A stretch of 63,216 nucleotides of DNA, the filler included, from Octopus bimaculoides (taxonomy: Eukaryota), in assembly GCF_001194135.2 (NCBI RefSeq). It is 5 parts of 5 records of this genome, joined end to end, with 100 filler letters (N's around TTAATTAATTAA, not from the genome) between each part and the next. Parts side by side here need not be neighbours in the genome. Positions count along the whole stretch, not along the records: positions 24,949 to 40,199 come from NC_068981.1; 4 more parts are not named here. One strand, written 5' to 3'. The notes below the pieces were generated by a model that was not told where the DNA came from, did not search any database, and saw only the letters and a program-made list of their open reading frames with translations. Position numbers and translations under genes: made by a program. Position 1 is the first letter of the stretch. The number at the start of each line of letters is the position of its first letter. Of the stretch, positions 25,442 to 37,735 are shown one piece after another.

Positions 25442-26616
25442 NNNNNNNNNNNNNNNNNNNNNNNNNNNNNNNNNNNNNNNNNNNNNNNNNNNNNNNNNNN
25501 NNNNNNNNNNNNNNNNNNNNNNNNNNNNNNNNNNNNNNNNNATATACATACATACATGTACACACACGCACACACACACACACACATATGCATATATGGA
25601 TTGCTGGATATATATGTGATATGTGCGCATGTGTATATGTGTGTGCGCGTGTGTGTATGAGTTTGCGTGTGTGTGTGTGTGTGTGTGTTTTCTAAGTAAA
25701 AACACACGTATAGTGCAAAGATGAATTAGAAGTCTCTCCTAATTTGGATTCTCATCGTTTTCATCTCCATTTAGACATCCACAATACGATTTTATATTGT
25801 TTTATTTCATTTCCCCATAATTTTATTTATTTATTTGACTCATTTATTTTAATGTTAATGTAGTTACTGCTCATATTCTATTACAATTGAAAGGAAGAAG
25901 ATTCACGAGTTCCACCTCACACCATTTTTGTGCTGATACATATGACCTACCATACACACACACACACACACACACATATATTTATATATATTTATGTTGA
26001 TATACTTATATGTACANNNNNNNNNNNNNNNNNNNNNNNNNNNNNNNNNNNNNNNNNNNNNNNNNNNNNNNNNNNNNNNNNNNNNNNNNNNNNNNNNNNN
26101 NNNNNNNNNNNNNNNNNNNNNNNNNNNNNNNNNNNNNNNNNNNNNNNNNNNNNNNNNNNNNNNNNNNNNNNNNNNNNNNNNNNNNNNNNNNNNNNNNNNN
26201 NNNNNNNNNNNNNNNNNNNNNNNNNNNNNNNNNNNNNNNNNNNNNNNNNNNNNNNNNNNNNNNNNNNNNNNNNNNNNNNNNNNNNNNNNNNNNNNNNNNN
26301 NNNNNNNNNNNNNNNNNNNNNNNNNNNNNNNNNNNNNNNNNNNNNNNNNNNNNNNNNNNNNNNNNNNNNNNNNNNNNNNNNNNNNNNNNNNNNNNNNNNN
26401 NNNNNNNNNNNNNNNNNNNNNNNNNNNNNNNNNNNNNNNNNNNNNNNNNNNNNNNNNNNNNNNNNNNNNNNNNNNNNNNNNNNNNNNNNNNNNNNNNNNN
26501 NNNNNNNNNNNNNNNNNNNNNNNNNNNNNNNNNNNNNNNNNNNNNNNNNNNNNNNNNNNNNNNNNNNNNNNNNNNNNNNNNNNNNNNNNNNNNNNNNNNN
26601 NNNNNNNNNNNNNNNN

Positions 26617-26658
<42 letters not shown>

Positions 26659-26894
26659 GATAGATAAATAGATAGATAGATAGAAAGATAGATAGATATG
26701 TGTGCATGTATGGTATCATAGTTTATGGATTTCCAAGAGAAGGGGAAATAATTCTTTTTCCTTTGAGATATGGGTCCGAGTTCCAGGAACATTCTTCGAG
26801 TCAGCTAAACCAAAAGATTTTAAACCTTATTATTAATTATTTATAGTTTCATATGCAATCCAGTATACATACATACATGAGTGTATGTACTTTT

Positions 26895-27024
26895 ATATAT
26901 AGATATTTTCGATCTAGTTTGGATTCTTTGCCATCAATTTTGAATTCTTTGCCATCAAATTTGAATTCATTGCAATCAAATTTGATGGCAAAGAATCCAA
27001 ACTAGATCGAAAACATCTATATAT
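26895..27024. repeat. 130-bp foldback: 43-bp inverted arms around 21-bp direct subrepeats
   Basis: Arms 26895-26937 and 26982-27024 pair with one mismatch; the 44-bp spacer holds two further copies of the TTTGAATTCTTTGCCATCAA-like unit. Confidence 0.85.
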
Positions 27025-28633
27025 GTGTTTATGTTTGTCCACGCACTGGTAGACAACTGGAGTTGGTTTAATTCTTCCTCGTAACAAGCAGTTCAGCAAA
27101 AGAGACAGCTCCACTAAGTACCAGAATTAAAAACATAAATAATATGATCGATTTGTTGGACTAAACACTTTAAGGCAGTGCCCCAGTATGTCTGTAGTTT
27201 AATAACTAAAAAGTAGAAGATATGAATGAATCTAAGGCGAAGGAATCTCTACGGAACCCTGTTAAGTAAGCGCAACTGTAATTCAATGCACATGGTTGTG
27301 ATGATTGTGTTACACATCGTGTTACACATCGTGTCACGCTGCATTTGCTTGAAGATTGTTAAATGTACATATGTATGTGGAATACATTAAAACAATGAAC
27401 AAGTGGTTCGGTTGATTAATTGATTAAACAATTGAAAGTTTCAGGCATGAATCTTAAGTGGCAGCTCATCTGAGATTCATTCGTAGTATTGTATAAAGCT
27501 GTACATTCCTCGATATTATGAGATATCAAAAGAGGGTTATCTTGCAGAGTCGAAAAATTATCAAGAATGTGGCTCGCGGTTTTCGTTCTGGTTCATTACA
27601 CTCTGAGAGGAAATCCCGCCGAGATCAACATCGCTTTCATATTTCTGCGATCGATAAGGCACCAGGATTGATGTACTGAACTAAACTCTCCCCCAAAAAG
27701 CTGCTACCCTTGTGACTACATTGATTTCAAATTTTAACACAAAGCCAACCATTTCGAAGGAGGGAGTAAATCGATTACATCGACCCCAATACTCAACTGG
27801 TACTTATTTCATCGATCCTAAAAGGATGAAAAGCAAATGGACAACCACGGAATTTGAACTCAGGACATACCGACATACGAAATGCGACTAAGAATTTTGC
27901 CCGGCGTGCGAAGGATTCTGCCAACGCGTCACCTTACCTTGTGATTACGTTGGCGACAGTTATGGGATATAAATGCTGCTGTTGTTTAGTCCTAATTACT
28001 TTTGATAAACTTTTTTTTTTTTNNNNNNNNNNNNNNNNNNNNNNNNNNNNNNNNNNNNNNNNNNNNNNNNNNNNNNNNNNNNNNNNNNNNNNNNNNNNNN
28101 NNNNNNNNNNNNNNNNNNNNNNNNNNNNNNNNNNNNNNNNNNNNNNNNNNNNNNNNNNNNNNNNNNNNNNNNNNNNNNNNNNNNNNNNNNNNNNNNNNNN
28201 NNNNNNNNNNNNNNNNNNNNNNNNNNNNNNNNNNNNNNNNNNNNNNNNNNNNNNNNNNNNNNNNNNNNNNNNNNNNNNNNNNNNNNNNNNNNNNNNNNNN
28301 NNNNNNNNNNNNNNNNNNNNNNNNNNNNNNNNNNNNNNNNNNNNNNNNNNNNNNNNNNNNNNNNNNNNNNNNNNNNNNNNNNNNNNNNNNNNNNNNNNNN
28401 NNNNNNNNNNNNNNNNNNNNNNNNNNNNNNNNNNNNNNNNNNNNNNNNNNNNNNNNNNNNNNNNNNNNNNNNNNNNNNNNNNNNNNNNNNNNNNNNNNNN
28501 NNNNNNNNNNNNNNNNNNNNNNNNNNNNNNNNNNNNNNNNNNNNNNNNNNNNNNNNNNNNNNNNNNNNNNNNNNNNNNNNNNNNNNNNNNNNNNNNNNNN
28601 NNNNNNNNNNNNNNNNNNNNNNNNNNNNNNNNN

Positions 28634-28666
<33 letters not shown>

Positions 28667-29550
28667 CTCTCGATAAGGAGGGTGTGAATGTCTAAAAACG
28701 TCGGATATGTATCTAGGAGTTCTATTGTCCCAAACTAACAGTAAAAAGTGAAGAATATGTGAAAAATATAAAGTAAGAAATATAAAACTTGAACACGGTC
28801 GTGTTTTTGATGAAACACAGACACAGAGATACAGAGATACACAGGCATACAGATAGATACGCACATACATGCGCACATAGACATGTATATAAATTCGTTC
28901 ATTGAAATGTATTGATCATGTGGAATCTTCGAACTGACAATGCAGTTACAGGTACATTTCTGAGTACTTCCCAATCATTAAAAGTTCAAGCCTACTATCA
29001 ATATCTCAGAAGTTCACACCACGGCTGATTCTTCGTTTCTTGTAAATGAGGAGTAACACTTTCGTTGGGGATCTAAACAAGGAAACTGCTCCAGAATGAA
29101 AGAACCATTTTGGTCTAAGGCTTGATTTGTCTCTAAAATTGCAAGAAACGATACATCACAGAAACAGCTGAGAAAAGTGTTTTATGTATATGTATATTCC
29201 CTTTGGGACAACTATTTCATAGACAGGAGGGTTTCAACTGGAAAGTCCTTGATTAGAAGTTTGCTCTGTCAGGGCTAATCTGTGGTGAGCTTCAATGACA
29301 ACGTAAAAAATCATGCGACGGCGTCCGCCGTCGTCTACCTCTACCCCTACCGTTTCCATCACCACTAGGACAACGACGACACCGACCGCCATCAACACTA
29401 TCACCATCATCTCCACTAGAGCCACGACCATGCAGCCCTTCCACCATCACTACTACCACCACTACCATTTCAAGCGACCGATTTAAGCATATGGGGCATT
29501 TCACATACTTCTGGGGCAATTGACACTCACACACAAGCACGCACGCACAA

Positions 29551-29653
<103 letters not shown>

Positions 29654-29787
29654 GACATACACAAATGCACAAACACACATAAAGACACATACATTCAGAC
29701 ACGTACAAATGTACACACACACATGCGCACGCTTACACATACAAACACTCATAGATAAGTACTTATTTGCATCTATAAAACTTTGTT

Positions 29788-29854
29788 ATGGTATTTTTAT
29801 CTTATTTTAACAGAAATATATCTCCTGTTATCGTTTTGCTATTTCTCCTTTCAG
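29788..29854 (+). CDS. Kazal-type inhibitor gene, signal-peptide exon (MVFLSYFNR)NISPVIVLLFLLSG
   Basis: Hydrophobic core, phase-1 donor TCAG|GTATGT at 29855 joining in frame to 33489. Start is either ATG 29788 or an upstream exon spliced at the AG 29812-29813. Confidence 0.7.
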
Positions 29855-29974
29855 GTATGTATTTTCCAAAATATTGTTTTCATTATTTTCAATTAGCAGA
29901 AGCACTCACATCTTATGTGGTTTTATATGGTTTTATACGGCTATGTATATTTTATATTGTTTTAGATAGCTCAT

Positions 29975-31200
29975 GAGTGGATGCTGTTTTCATCAACTTC
30001 GTCAAATCCTTTTATTGTGCATTGCAAACCACTTACGGTGAAGCACTAAGCAATGGGAGTGAGAGCTAATTTTTATGACTGCTTGAAATCCTTTATTCTT
30101 GATCGCAAACAGTCAGGGTACTGGGACATTTGGAAACCAACAAGTATTTGCCCTTGTGCCTCTGTTGCTTGTAGCATACATTATTTAAACAAATGTCAGC
30201 TTGAAACAAATTACTGTACTATGTTAAAAAGATGCAGATGGGAATAATCTGTACCTCGGGATAAAATAAGCGGATTCTGTACACAATAACTTTTACTTAG
30301 ACATAATTCTCATATACTTAGACACAATTCTCATATAAACATATAAAAGTTTTCCATCAAACTTTAGTTTTACAGCTTAATTAAGATCCATAGAAACATC
30401 TGCGATCAGAGACGTCGAAAAATACATCTGATCGTTGCAAGTACCAAATCTCGCTCCAGAAAGTAGAGTGGTTCTTCTTGTATCCACACAACTGATCGCC
30501 GCACACTTATTAACGAATCTGAAAAGCAGCCAGTAACTGAAAGAAATTTTCTATAAATGTCCCTCAGAAATAGTAAAAGGGATTCATTGCTCTTACAGCC
30601 TGGATGTGCGCTAAATATGCACAGTATATCGCAGGCAAAGCCATGAAACAGGTCCCATTTTCTATTGTATGGATTGATACATGGAAACGAACTTCCGAAA
30701 GATGTTGTCTGCTAGGTGCTATACAGCATATTTTCTGAAGCAAGTGAGCGTCACAAGGTGAAGCGAGGTCAAATATGTAAGCCACGAAATACTGTTGCCA
30801 GTCTGTCAGTGTCAGAGTTATTGACGGAACAAAAGAGATATAAAATGAAAGAGATTGACGAAAATAAGATTTGTATCAACCAATCATAATGCGATGGAGC
30901 GGATGGAAAATCAATTAAGTTACTCTCTTGGGAGGCCTGAGCCCTTTTTCACAATAACAAGTCGGGGATATACTTTAAGAAATAATCATATTCTATGCAA
31001 CACAACAACAGACAAGAAATCTGCCCTATCAGTTCGAAGACAGTCCATTTATATCAGAGAATGAATTACTAGACAGCGACCTACAATTATAACTGAAGGG
31101 CTAATATTGTTTAAAAATCCCCTTCATAAAGCGAAGACTTATACATTCGATGAACAAAGCAACAGTTAAGCAAGAGACAATCAGAACGCTTACAGAGTAA
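29975..31200 (+). mobile_element. Degenerate CR1/Jockey-like LINE reverse transcriptase remnant in intron
   Basis: VDAVFINFVKSF, MGVRANFYDCLKSFILDRKQ and decayed YINDL/ADD-like segments match LINE RT motifs; many stops and frameshifts. Confidence 0.5.
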
Positions 31201-31555
31201 CTTCCAAAACTCACAAATACTGTTAACGTCTAAATTGTAGAAACGCACTTCGTTACAAAATAGAAATACATCTTGGACAAGTATCTAATACCGCATTTCT
31301 GACTCTTAATTTAAAAGAACATAAATCAGTTCATTCGATGAACTCGAAAACTGGCAGAATAAACATTTGACACTCTTTAGTTATTTTGTTAATCAATATT
31401 GTCACATTTTTATATATCTTTATCATGTGCTCTTCCTATTGACCGCTTTCTGTTTGCTCATCCTTGTTACAAACTATCTGTATACGTGTAACTTAAATCC
31501 CACATTCTTGCACTGACCTGCTAATCACAATATAGGTATGTTTTGTGAAATAAAT

Positions 31556-31937
31556 GTTGTTGGCACTCCGTCGCTTACGACGTCGAGGGTTCCAGTTGAT
31601 CCGATCAACGGAACAGCCTGCTCGTGAAATTAACGTGCAAGTGGCTGAGCACTCCACAGACACGTGTACCCTTAACGTAGTTCTCGGAGATATTCAGCAT
31701 GACACAGTGTGACAAGGCTGACCCTTTGAACTACAGGCACAACAGAAACAGGAAGTAAGAGTGAGAGAAAGTTGTGGTGAAAGAGTACAGCAGGGTTCGC
31801 CACCATCCCCTGCCGGAGCCTCGGGGAGCTTTAGGTGTTTTCGCTCAATAAACATTCACAACGCCCGGTCTGGGAATCGAAACCGCGATCCTATGACCGC
31901 AAGTCCGCTGCCCTAACCACTGGGCCATTGCACCTCC
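31556..31937 (-). mobile_element. Full-length young tRNA-derived SINE
   Basis: Head GGAGGTGCAATGGCCCAGTGGTTAGGGCAGCGGAC...GTTTCGATTCC (A and B boxes), CpGs intact, (CAA)n tail. Confidence 0.9.
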
Positions 31938-32944
31938 ACGTGAAATATACTACTGCATTATAAGAAGATAGTATCAGATAAATATACACTTTGTTTTAGA
32001 CGATTGATTCGTATGTTAGATATTTCTCATTTACAATAGCTTCTTCATATTCCGTCACAAAAAGTAAATAAAAAAATGTTTTTTCAATTTCCGAACCTCA
32101 GTTCCAGTTTGAAGAAGGCACAGAGAGAATTGAAGACTTTCAGGCATGTTGCACCAGTACATTCATGAACATTGTATTTAGAAACAATGCTTAAAATGAT
32201 TTCCATCATTGATAGTATCCTACAAGTTTTGTGGGTTACAATAGACTGAATGTTAATTGATAGGTAATTGTTATTTAGCCCGTAATACTGGCAGAAGTGT
32301 CACGTCTATTCATTAATTTATAATTTTTATTTTAAGAGCTACGGTGGTTTATTTAACAAAATAAGTGATAATTGCAACAGAATTGAGATAGAAATTCTGT
32401 ATTTGTTCTCTATTTGAATAAATATATTCTCTATTTGAAATCCTTTTTATCCTGCAAATGAATATTTTACTTACTAAATGCATTAAATATTGTTTAAATG
32501 GTTTGTCTTAAGATATAAACGATATTTTCTTTGTTAGTTGATTTTTCTGACACAACTGAAAACGACTAGTACATTTCAAGCAGTTTTATTATTTGAAGGT
32601 TGATGGGTAGCGCATGAATTTCTAAGAATAAATCAGTGAATTTTCTAATTGACCCACTATGCAAGGGTTCTAATATATTAGAACTCATACAGAATGGGTT
32701 GACGGAAAGTGGAGTACAATCGAATGAATTCTCATCAGTTTCTTTATCATAACATTCATCAATAAGGTTTATTACATGGTACATTGTCTTCAATATTTCA
32801 TGGTCTGTGTTGCTTATATATGTATTACTTTTTTGAATTTCACCACAAACTACTTCATTTTCATCTTCATACATCTCTGATATTTTAAAGAAAGGTACGA
32901 ATGCCGCACAATTTCATTCATCTGCCTTGAAAATAGGCAGATAT

Positions 32945-33315
32945 AGCTGTGTGACAAGAAGCTTGCTTCCCGGCCACATGGTCCAGGGTTCAGTCCCAGC
33001 GCGTGGCTCCATGGGCGTGGCACCTTCTCCTATAGCCTCGGGCCGACCAAAGCCTTGTGAGTGGATTTGGTAAACGGAAACTGAAAGAAACCTGTACGTG
33101 TGTGTCTTTGTGTCTGTATCGGTCTTCCACCACCGCTTGACAACCAGTATTGGTGTGTTTGTATCCGTGTAACTTCGCTGTTCGGCAAAAGAGACTGATA
33201 GAATAAGTACCAGACTTCAAAGATAAGTACTGGGGGTTGATTCATTCGACTAAAACCCATGGCGGTGCTCCAGCATGGCCACAGTCTAACGACTGAAACA
33301 AATAAAAGATGAAAG
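32945..33315 (+). mobile_element. Full-length composite SINE
   Basis: GCTGTGTGACAAGAAGCTTGCTTCCC head, GGAAACTGAAAGAAACC centre, GGCGGTGCTCCAGCATGG tail. Confidence 0.85.
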
Positions 33316-33342
33316 ATATATACATTCTACAAGATATACCTT

Positions 33343-33399
33343 ACAATATATCAAAACATGTACAATATATCAAAACATGTACAATATATCAAAACATAT
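33343..33399. repeat. 19-bp tandem triplication
   Basis: ACAATATATCAAAACATGT repeated about three times. Confidence 0.8.
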
Positions 33400-33488
33400 A
33401 CTATGATAGAGGCCAAAGTATTTGTATTGCGTTTTTATATTTATTTTTATCATGTAAAATATACAAATAAGTTCTTTTCTATTACCAG

Positions 33489-33624
33489 GAGCCGTTCTGA
33501 ATACAGCAGCTCCATCTAAACAAGACAACTGTCCACTGTGTATGATGCTTGTTATATTTAAGATATGTGGAACTGATGGAGTCACTTATTCAAACTTTTG
33601 CGAGCTAAACAGAGCAGCTTGCCT
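33489..33624 (+). CDS. Kazal-type inhibitor gene, core exon AVLNTAAPSKQDNCPLCMMLVIFKICGTDGVTYSNFCELNRAAC
   Basis: Acceptor TTCTTTTCTATTACCAG, donor CT|GTAAGT, 136 nt, phase 1/2; Kazal signature C-G-T-D-G-x-T-Y-x-N-x-C-x6-C. Confidence 0.93.
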
Positions 33625-34041
33625 GTAAGTAAAGCTTATGAAGGCAGATTTTGCCATTTCAGTACTAACTACTAACAACCATTTCTTTTCTACAGTCCAC
33701 AAATTACATGTAAATGCATATACAAATATATACATATGATGCTATCAACAACAAACGTGCAGCTGGAGATCTTGGAGAATCTGACGTTAAACATTTTCTT
33801 CAACGAAGATTCGGAGCTAATGCATTCTTCTGTATTGAACAAAATAAAGATCTGTTACAAATTAGCTTTCGTAGTTAAGAACGGATTGAAAAACAAATCA
33901 TTTTCACCACTTCGGAATTTTTTTTTCTTCAGGAACAAACCTCGTTTGAGATTACTTAGTTGTTTAGTGAATCTTTATTTTAAATTAAAGTAAATGTATA
34001 TGTGTGTATGTGTGTGTGTTTATACATATATCGATATAAAA

Positions 34042-34073
<32 letters not shown>

Positions 34074-34573
34074 TATATAACTTGGCTTAAAAGAGAAAAA
34101 AATTAAATGATCATCCTATAGTTATGATTTACATCAACACAATAAATACATATAGCACAATAAATACACGAACACAAGGAACATATCAATATATTACTTA
34201 GAAGAGATATAAGAAATAGAAAACACGTCATCTAAGTCTATTGATGAATTCCGTTGTCTTTGGTAAAGGAGTTTCCAACCCTCGGTGGTATTGGGATATT
34301 TTGGATAGATATACCCCAAAATTGTTTCTTCATATCTCTGCATTCTCTAAGAAGTGCTCAAAGGAGCCAAGGAAATAAATATATTGTTTTTCTTTGACCC
34401 TTTGAGCAATTCCTATAGTTTGCGAACATATGAAGAAACAATTTTTGGACATATCTACCAAATATACATACATTTATACATACGTATACATACATACATA
34501 CATATATAGATATATATATAGATATATATCTATATGTATGATATGCATATATGTGAATATATATATGCATGTA

Positions 34574-34620
<47 letters not shown>

Positions 34621-34862
34621 ACACAATTAAGTTTATTTAAAAGAAAGTTGGTCATCTTCTGTTNNNNNNNNNNTTGGTCATCTTCTGTTGGTCGTTTTTT
34701 CCTCTCATTAGGTACTAAATGTGGTTATTTTGAGAAGTCCACTGTGTGGCGTTATTATTTTTCTGTAATAATGCCCTTTATATAAATATAAACGAATATC
34801 TATCTATATATATAGGTATGTATATGTATGGTATGTATAATTATGAATATATATATATATAT

Positions 34863-35150
34863 ATCATCATCATCGTTTAACCTCCGCTTTCCATGCTAGC
34901 ATGGGTTGGACGATTTGACTGAGGACTGGCGAACCAGATGGCTGCATCATGCTCCAATCTAATATGGCAGAGTTTCTACAGCTGGATGCCCTTCCTATCG
35001 CCAACCACTCCGAGAGTGTAGTGGGTGCTTTTACGTGCCACCGGCACGAGGGCCAGTCCGGCGGTACTGGCAACGGCCACTCTCAAATGGTGCTTTTACG
35101 TGCCACCTGGATAGGAGTCAGTCCAGAGGCGCTGGTAACGACTTCGTTCG
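34863..35150 (-). mobile_element. SINE with (GAT)n tail in Kazal intron
   Basis: Near-identical to 24604-24848. Confidence 0.85.
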
Positions 35151-35653
35151 AATGTTTTGTAAATATATATATATATATATATATATATANNNNNNNNNNN
35201 NNNNNNNNNNNNNNNNNNNNNNNNNNNNNNNNNNNNNNNNNNNNNNNNNNNNNNNNNNNNNNNNNNNNNNNNNNNNNNNNNNNNNNNNNNNNNNNNNNNN
35301 NNNNNNNNNNNNNNNNNNNNNNNNNNNNNNNNNNNNNNNNNNNNNNNNNNNNNNNNNNNNNNNNNNNNNNNNNNNNNNNNNNNNNNNNNNNNNNNNNNNN
35401 NNNNNNNNNNNNNNNNNNNNNNNNNNNNNNNNNNNNNNNNNNNNNNNNNNNNNNNNNNNNNNNNNNNNNNNNNNNNNNNNNNNNNNNNNNNNNNNNNNNN
35501 NNNNNNNNNNNNNNNNNNNNNNNGTCCGATTATGTAACCCTGCGCTCTTCAACATATATATGTGTGTGTGTGTCTGTCTGTATGTGTGTGTGTGTATGTG
35601 TGTATGTATGTATGTATGTATGTATCTTTAATCTATTTTTCTTATCGCTGCAG

Positions 35654-35726
35654 GGGGCAGACAGTGAACGGCGTACCAGTAAAAACACTTCATTACGGTC
35701 CATGCAAAGGATCTGTGGTTGGATAA
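35654..35726 (+). CDS. Kazal-type inhibitor gene, last coding exon (L)GQTVNGVPVKTLHYGPCKGSVVG*
   Basis: Acceptor TTTTTCTTATCGCTGCAG, phase 2, supplies the sixth Cys in the H-Y-G-P-C motif; TAA at 35724-35726. Confidence 0.9.
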
Positions 35727-35765
35727 AGAAAAAGCAAAGAGAACGTTGTTATAATTATGAAAGTG

Positions 35766-35771
35766 AATAAA
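35766..35771 (+). promoter_or_regulatory. Polyadenylation signal of the Kazal gene
   Basis: AATAAA 40 nt after the stop codon. Confidence 0.65.
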
Positions 35772-35959
35772 ATATAACTACGTAATATTATGTTGGTTTC
35801 TTTTTACAGCATATTCTGATACTTTATCAGGTGCAGTGCAATTCCAATGCAGCTGTGTGCGTTCCGTGGAAGAGCTGTATTTGTTCATTACAGCTGAAGA
35901 TCGACGCCATTCAGAAGCAATGACTTCCGCCCCCCCTCCCACACATATGCACGTACATA

Positions 35960-35991
<32 letters not shown>

Positions 35992-36284
35992 TTGCACTGT
36001 ACTTCACGTTGCTACAGCCCACTCAGCAAATAAAAATGAGTTGCATTTGTAATTCAAAGAGCCAGCCTTGTCACGTTGAAAATCCTGGAGAACTACTTTA
36101 AGGGTACGTGCGTCAGTGGAGTGTTCAGTTAATTTCACGAGCAAGCTCTTTTGTTGATCGGATCAACTGGAGCACTCGTCGTCGTAACCGACGGAATGCC
36201 ATTAAATATTATCTCTACTATAGCCACAAAGAGTGAAATTTTACAGGAGGGGGCTAGTCGACTACATCGATTCAGTGTTCAACT

Positions 36285-36412
36285 ATGTAAAAGCATCTAG
36301 CAGCTACCTTTGACGGACTGGCGTCCCGTCCAGGTGGGGAACCTATATGCCACTGAAACCGGGAAACCGGCCCTTATTAACCAGCCACGACTCGAGAAAG
36401 AACAAACAGCAA
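36285..36412 (+). mobile_element. 5'-truncated SINE inserted into another SINE
   Basis: 12-bp duplication CAGTGTTCAACT at 36273-36284 and 36413-36424. Confidence 0.8.
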
Positions 36413-37256
36413 CAGTGTTCAACTGGTTCTTATTTTATCGATTCTAAAATGCTGTAAAGCAAGATCGACTACGGCAGAATTTGAACTCAGAACGTAAAGA
36501 CCGAAAAAAAAAAAATGCTGCGAAGCATTATGCTCGATGTGCAAACTACTCTGCCAAACAGCCGCCTTTTGAAAAGTTTTTTTTCTTTTACTTGTTTCAG
36601 TCATTTGACTGTGGCCATGCTGGAGCACCGCCTTTAGTCGGGCAAATCGATCCCAGGACTTATTCTTTGTAAGCCTAGTACTTATTCTATCGACTTCTTT
36701 TGCCGAACCGCTAAGTTACGGCTATGTAAAGACGCCAGCATCGGTTGTTAAGCACTGTTGGGGAGACAAACACACACGCACACACGCNNNNNNNNNNNNN
36801 NNNNNNNNNNNNNNNNNNNNNNNNNNNNNNNNNNNNNNNNNNNNNNNNNNNNNNNNNNNNNNNNNNNNNNNNNNNNNNNNNNNNNNNNNNNNNNNNNNNN
36901 NNNNNNNNNNNNNNNNNNNNNNNNNNNNNNNNNNNNNNNNNNNNNNNNNNNNNNNNNNNNNNNNNNNNNNNNNNNNNNNNNNNNNNNNNNNNNNNNNNNN
37001 NNNNNNNNNNNNNNNNNNNNNNNNNNNNNNNNNNNNNNNNNNNNNNNNNNNNNNNNNNNNNNNNNNNNNNNNNNNNNNNNNNNNNNNNNNNNNNNNNNNN
37101 NNNNNNNNNNNNNNNNNNNNNNNNNNNNNNNNNNNNNNNNNNNNNNNNNNNNNNNNNNNNNNNNNNNNNNNNNNNNNNNNNNNNNNNNNNNNNNNNNNNN
37201 NNNNNNNNNNNNNNNNNNNNNNNNNNNNNNNNNNNNNNNNNNNNNNNNNNNNNNNN

Positions 37257-37735
37257 GGTAAGTCGATTAAATCAACCCCAGTACTCAACTGGTACATATT
37301 TTATCGTAGCCTGAAAGGATGAAAAGCAAAGTTGACCTTGGCAGAATTTGAAGACTGAATGTAAAAACGGTAGAAATGCCACAAAGCATTTTGCCCGTCG
37401 GGAAAGGAGGGGGGGGGGGTAAGTCGATTAAATCAACCCCAGTACTCAACTGGTACATATTTTATCGTAGCCTGAAAGGATGAAAAGCAAAGTTGACCTT
37501 GGCAGAATTTGAACATTGAATGTATAGACGGTAGAAATGCCACAAAGCATTTTGCCGGTCGGGAGAGGGGGTAAGTCGATTAAATCGACCCCCAATGCTC
37601 AACTGGTACATATCTTATCGTAGCCTGAATGGTTAACAGCAAAGTTGACCTTGGCAGAATTTGAATACTGATTCTAAAGGCTGTAGAAATTCCACAAAGC
37701 ATTTTGCCCGTCGGGCTAACAATTCTGCTGGCTAC
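37257..37735 (-). repeat. Tandem trimer of a SINE 5' half
   Basis: Units start GGTAAGTCGATTAAATC at 37257, 37418 and 37570 (periods 161 and 152 bp), joined by G-rich linkers. Confidence 0.9.

Noticed and set aside
31860-31937. tRNA gene
   Set aside because: tRNA-like A/B boxes are the head of a SINE that continues into family body and tail; no complete cloverleaf evident
33694-33993. Alternative last Kazal exon (PQITCKC...) from the acceptor near 33693
   Set aside because: Intron would be ~70 nt and the peptide lacks the H-x-G-x-C motif; 35654-35726 fits far better and has a poly(A) signal
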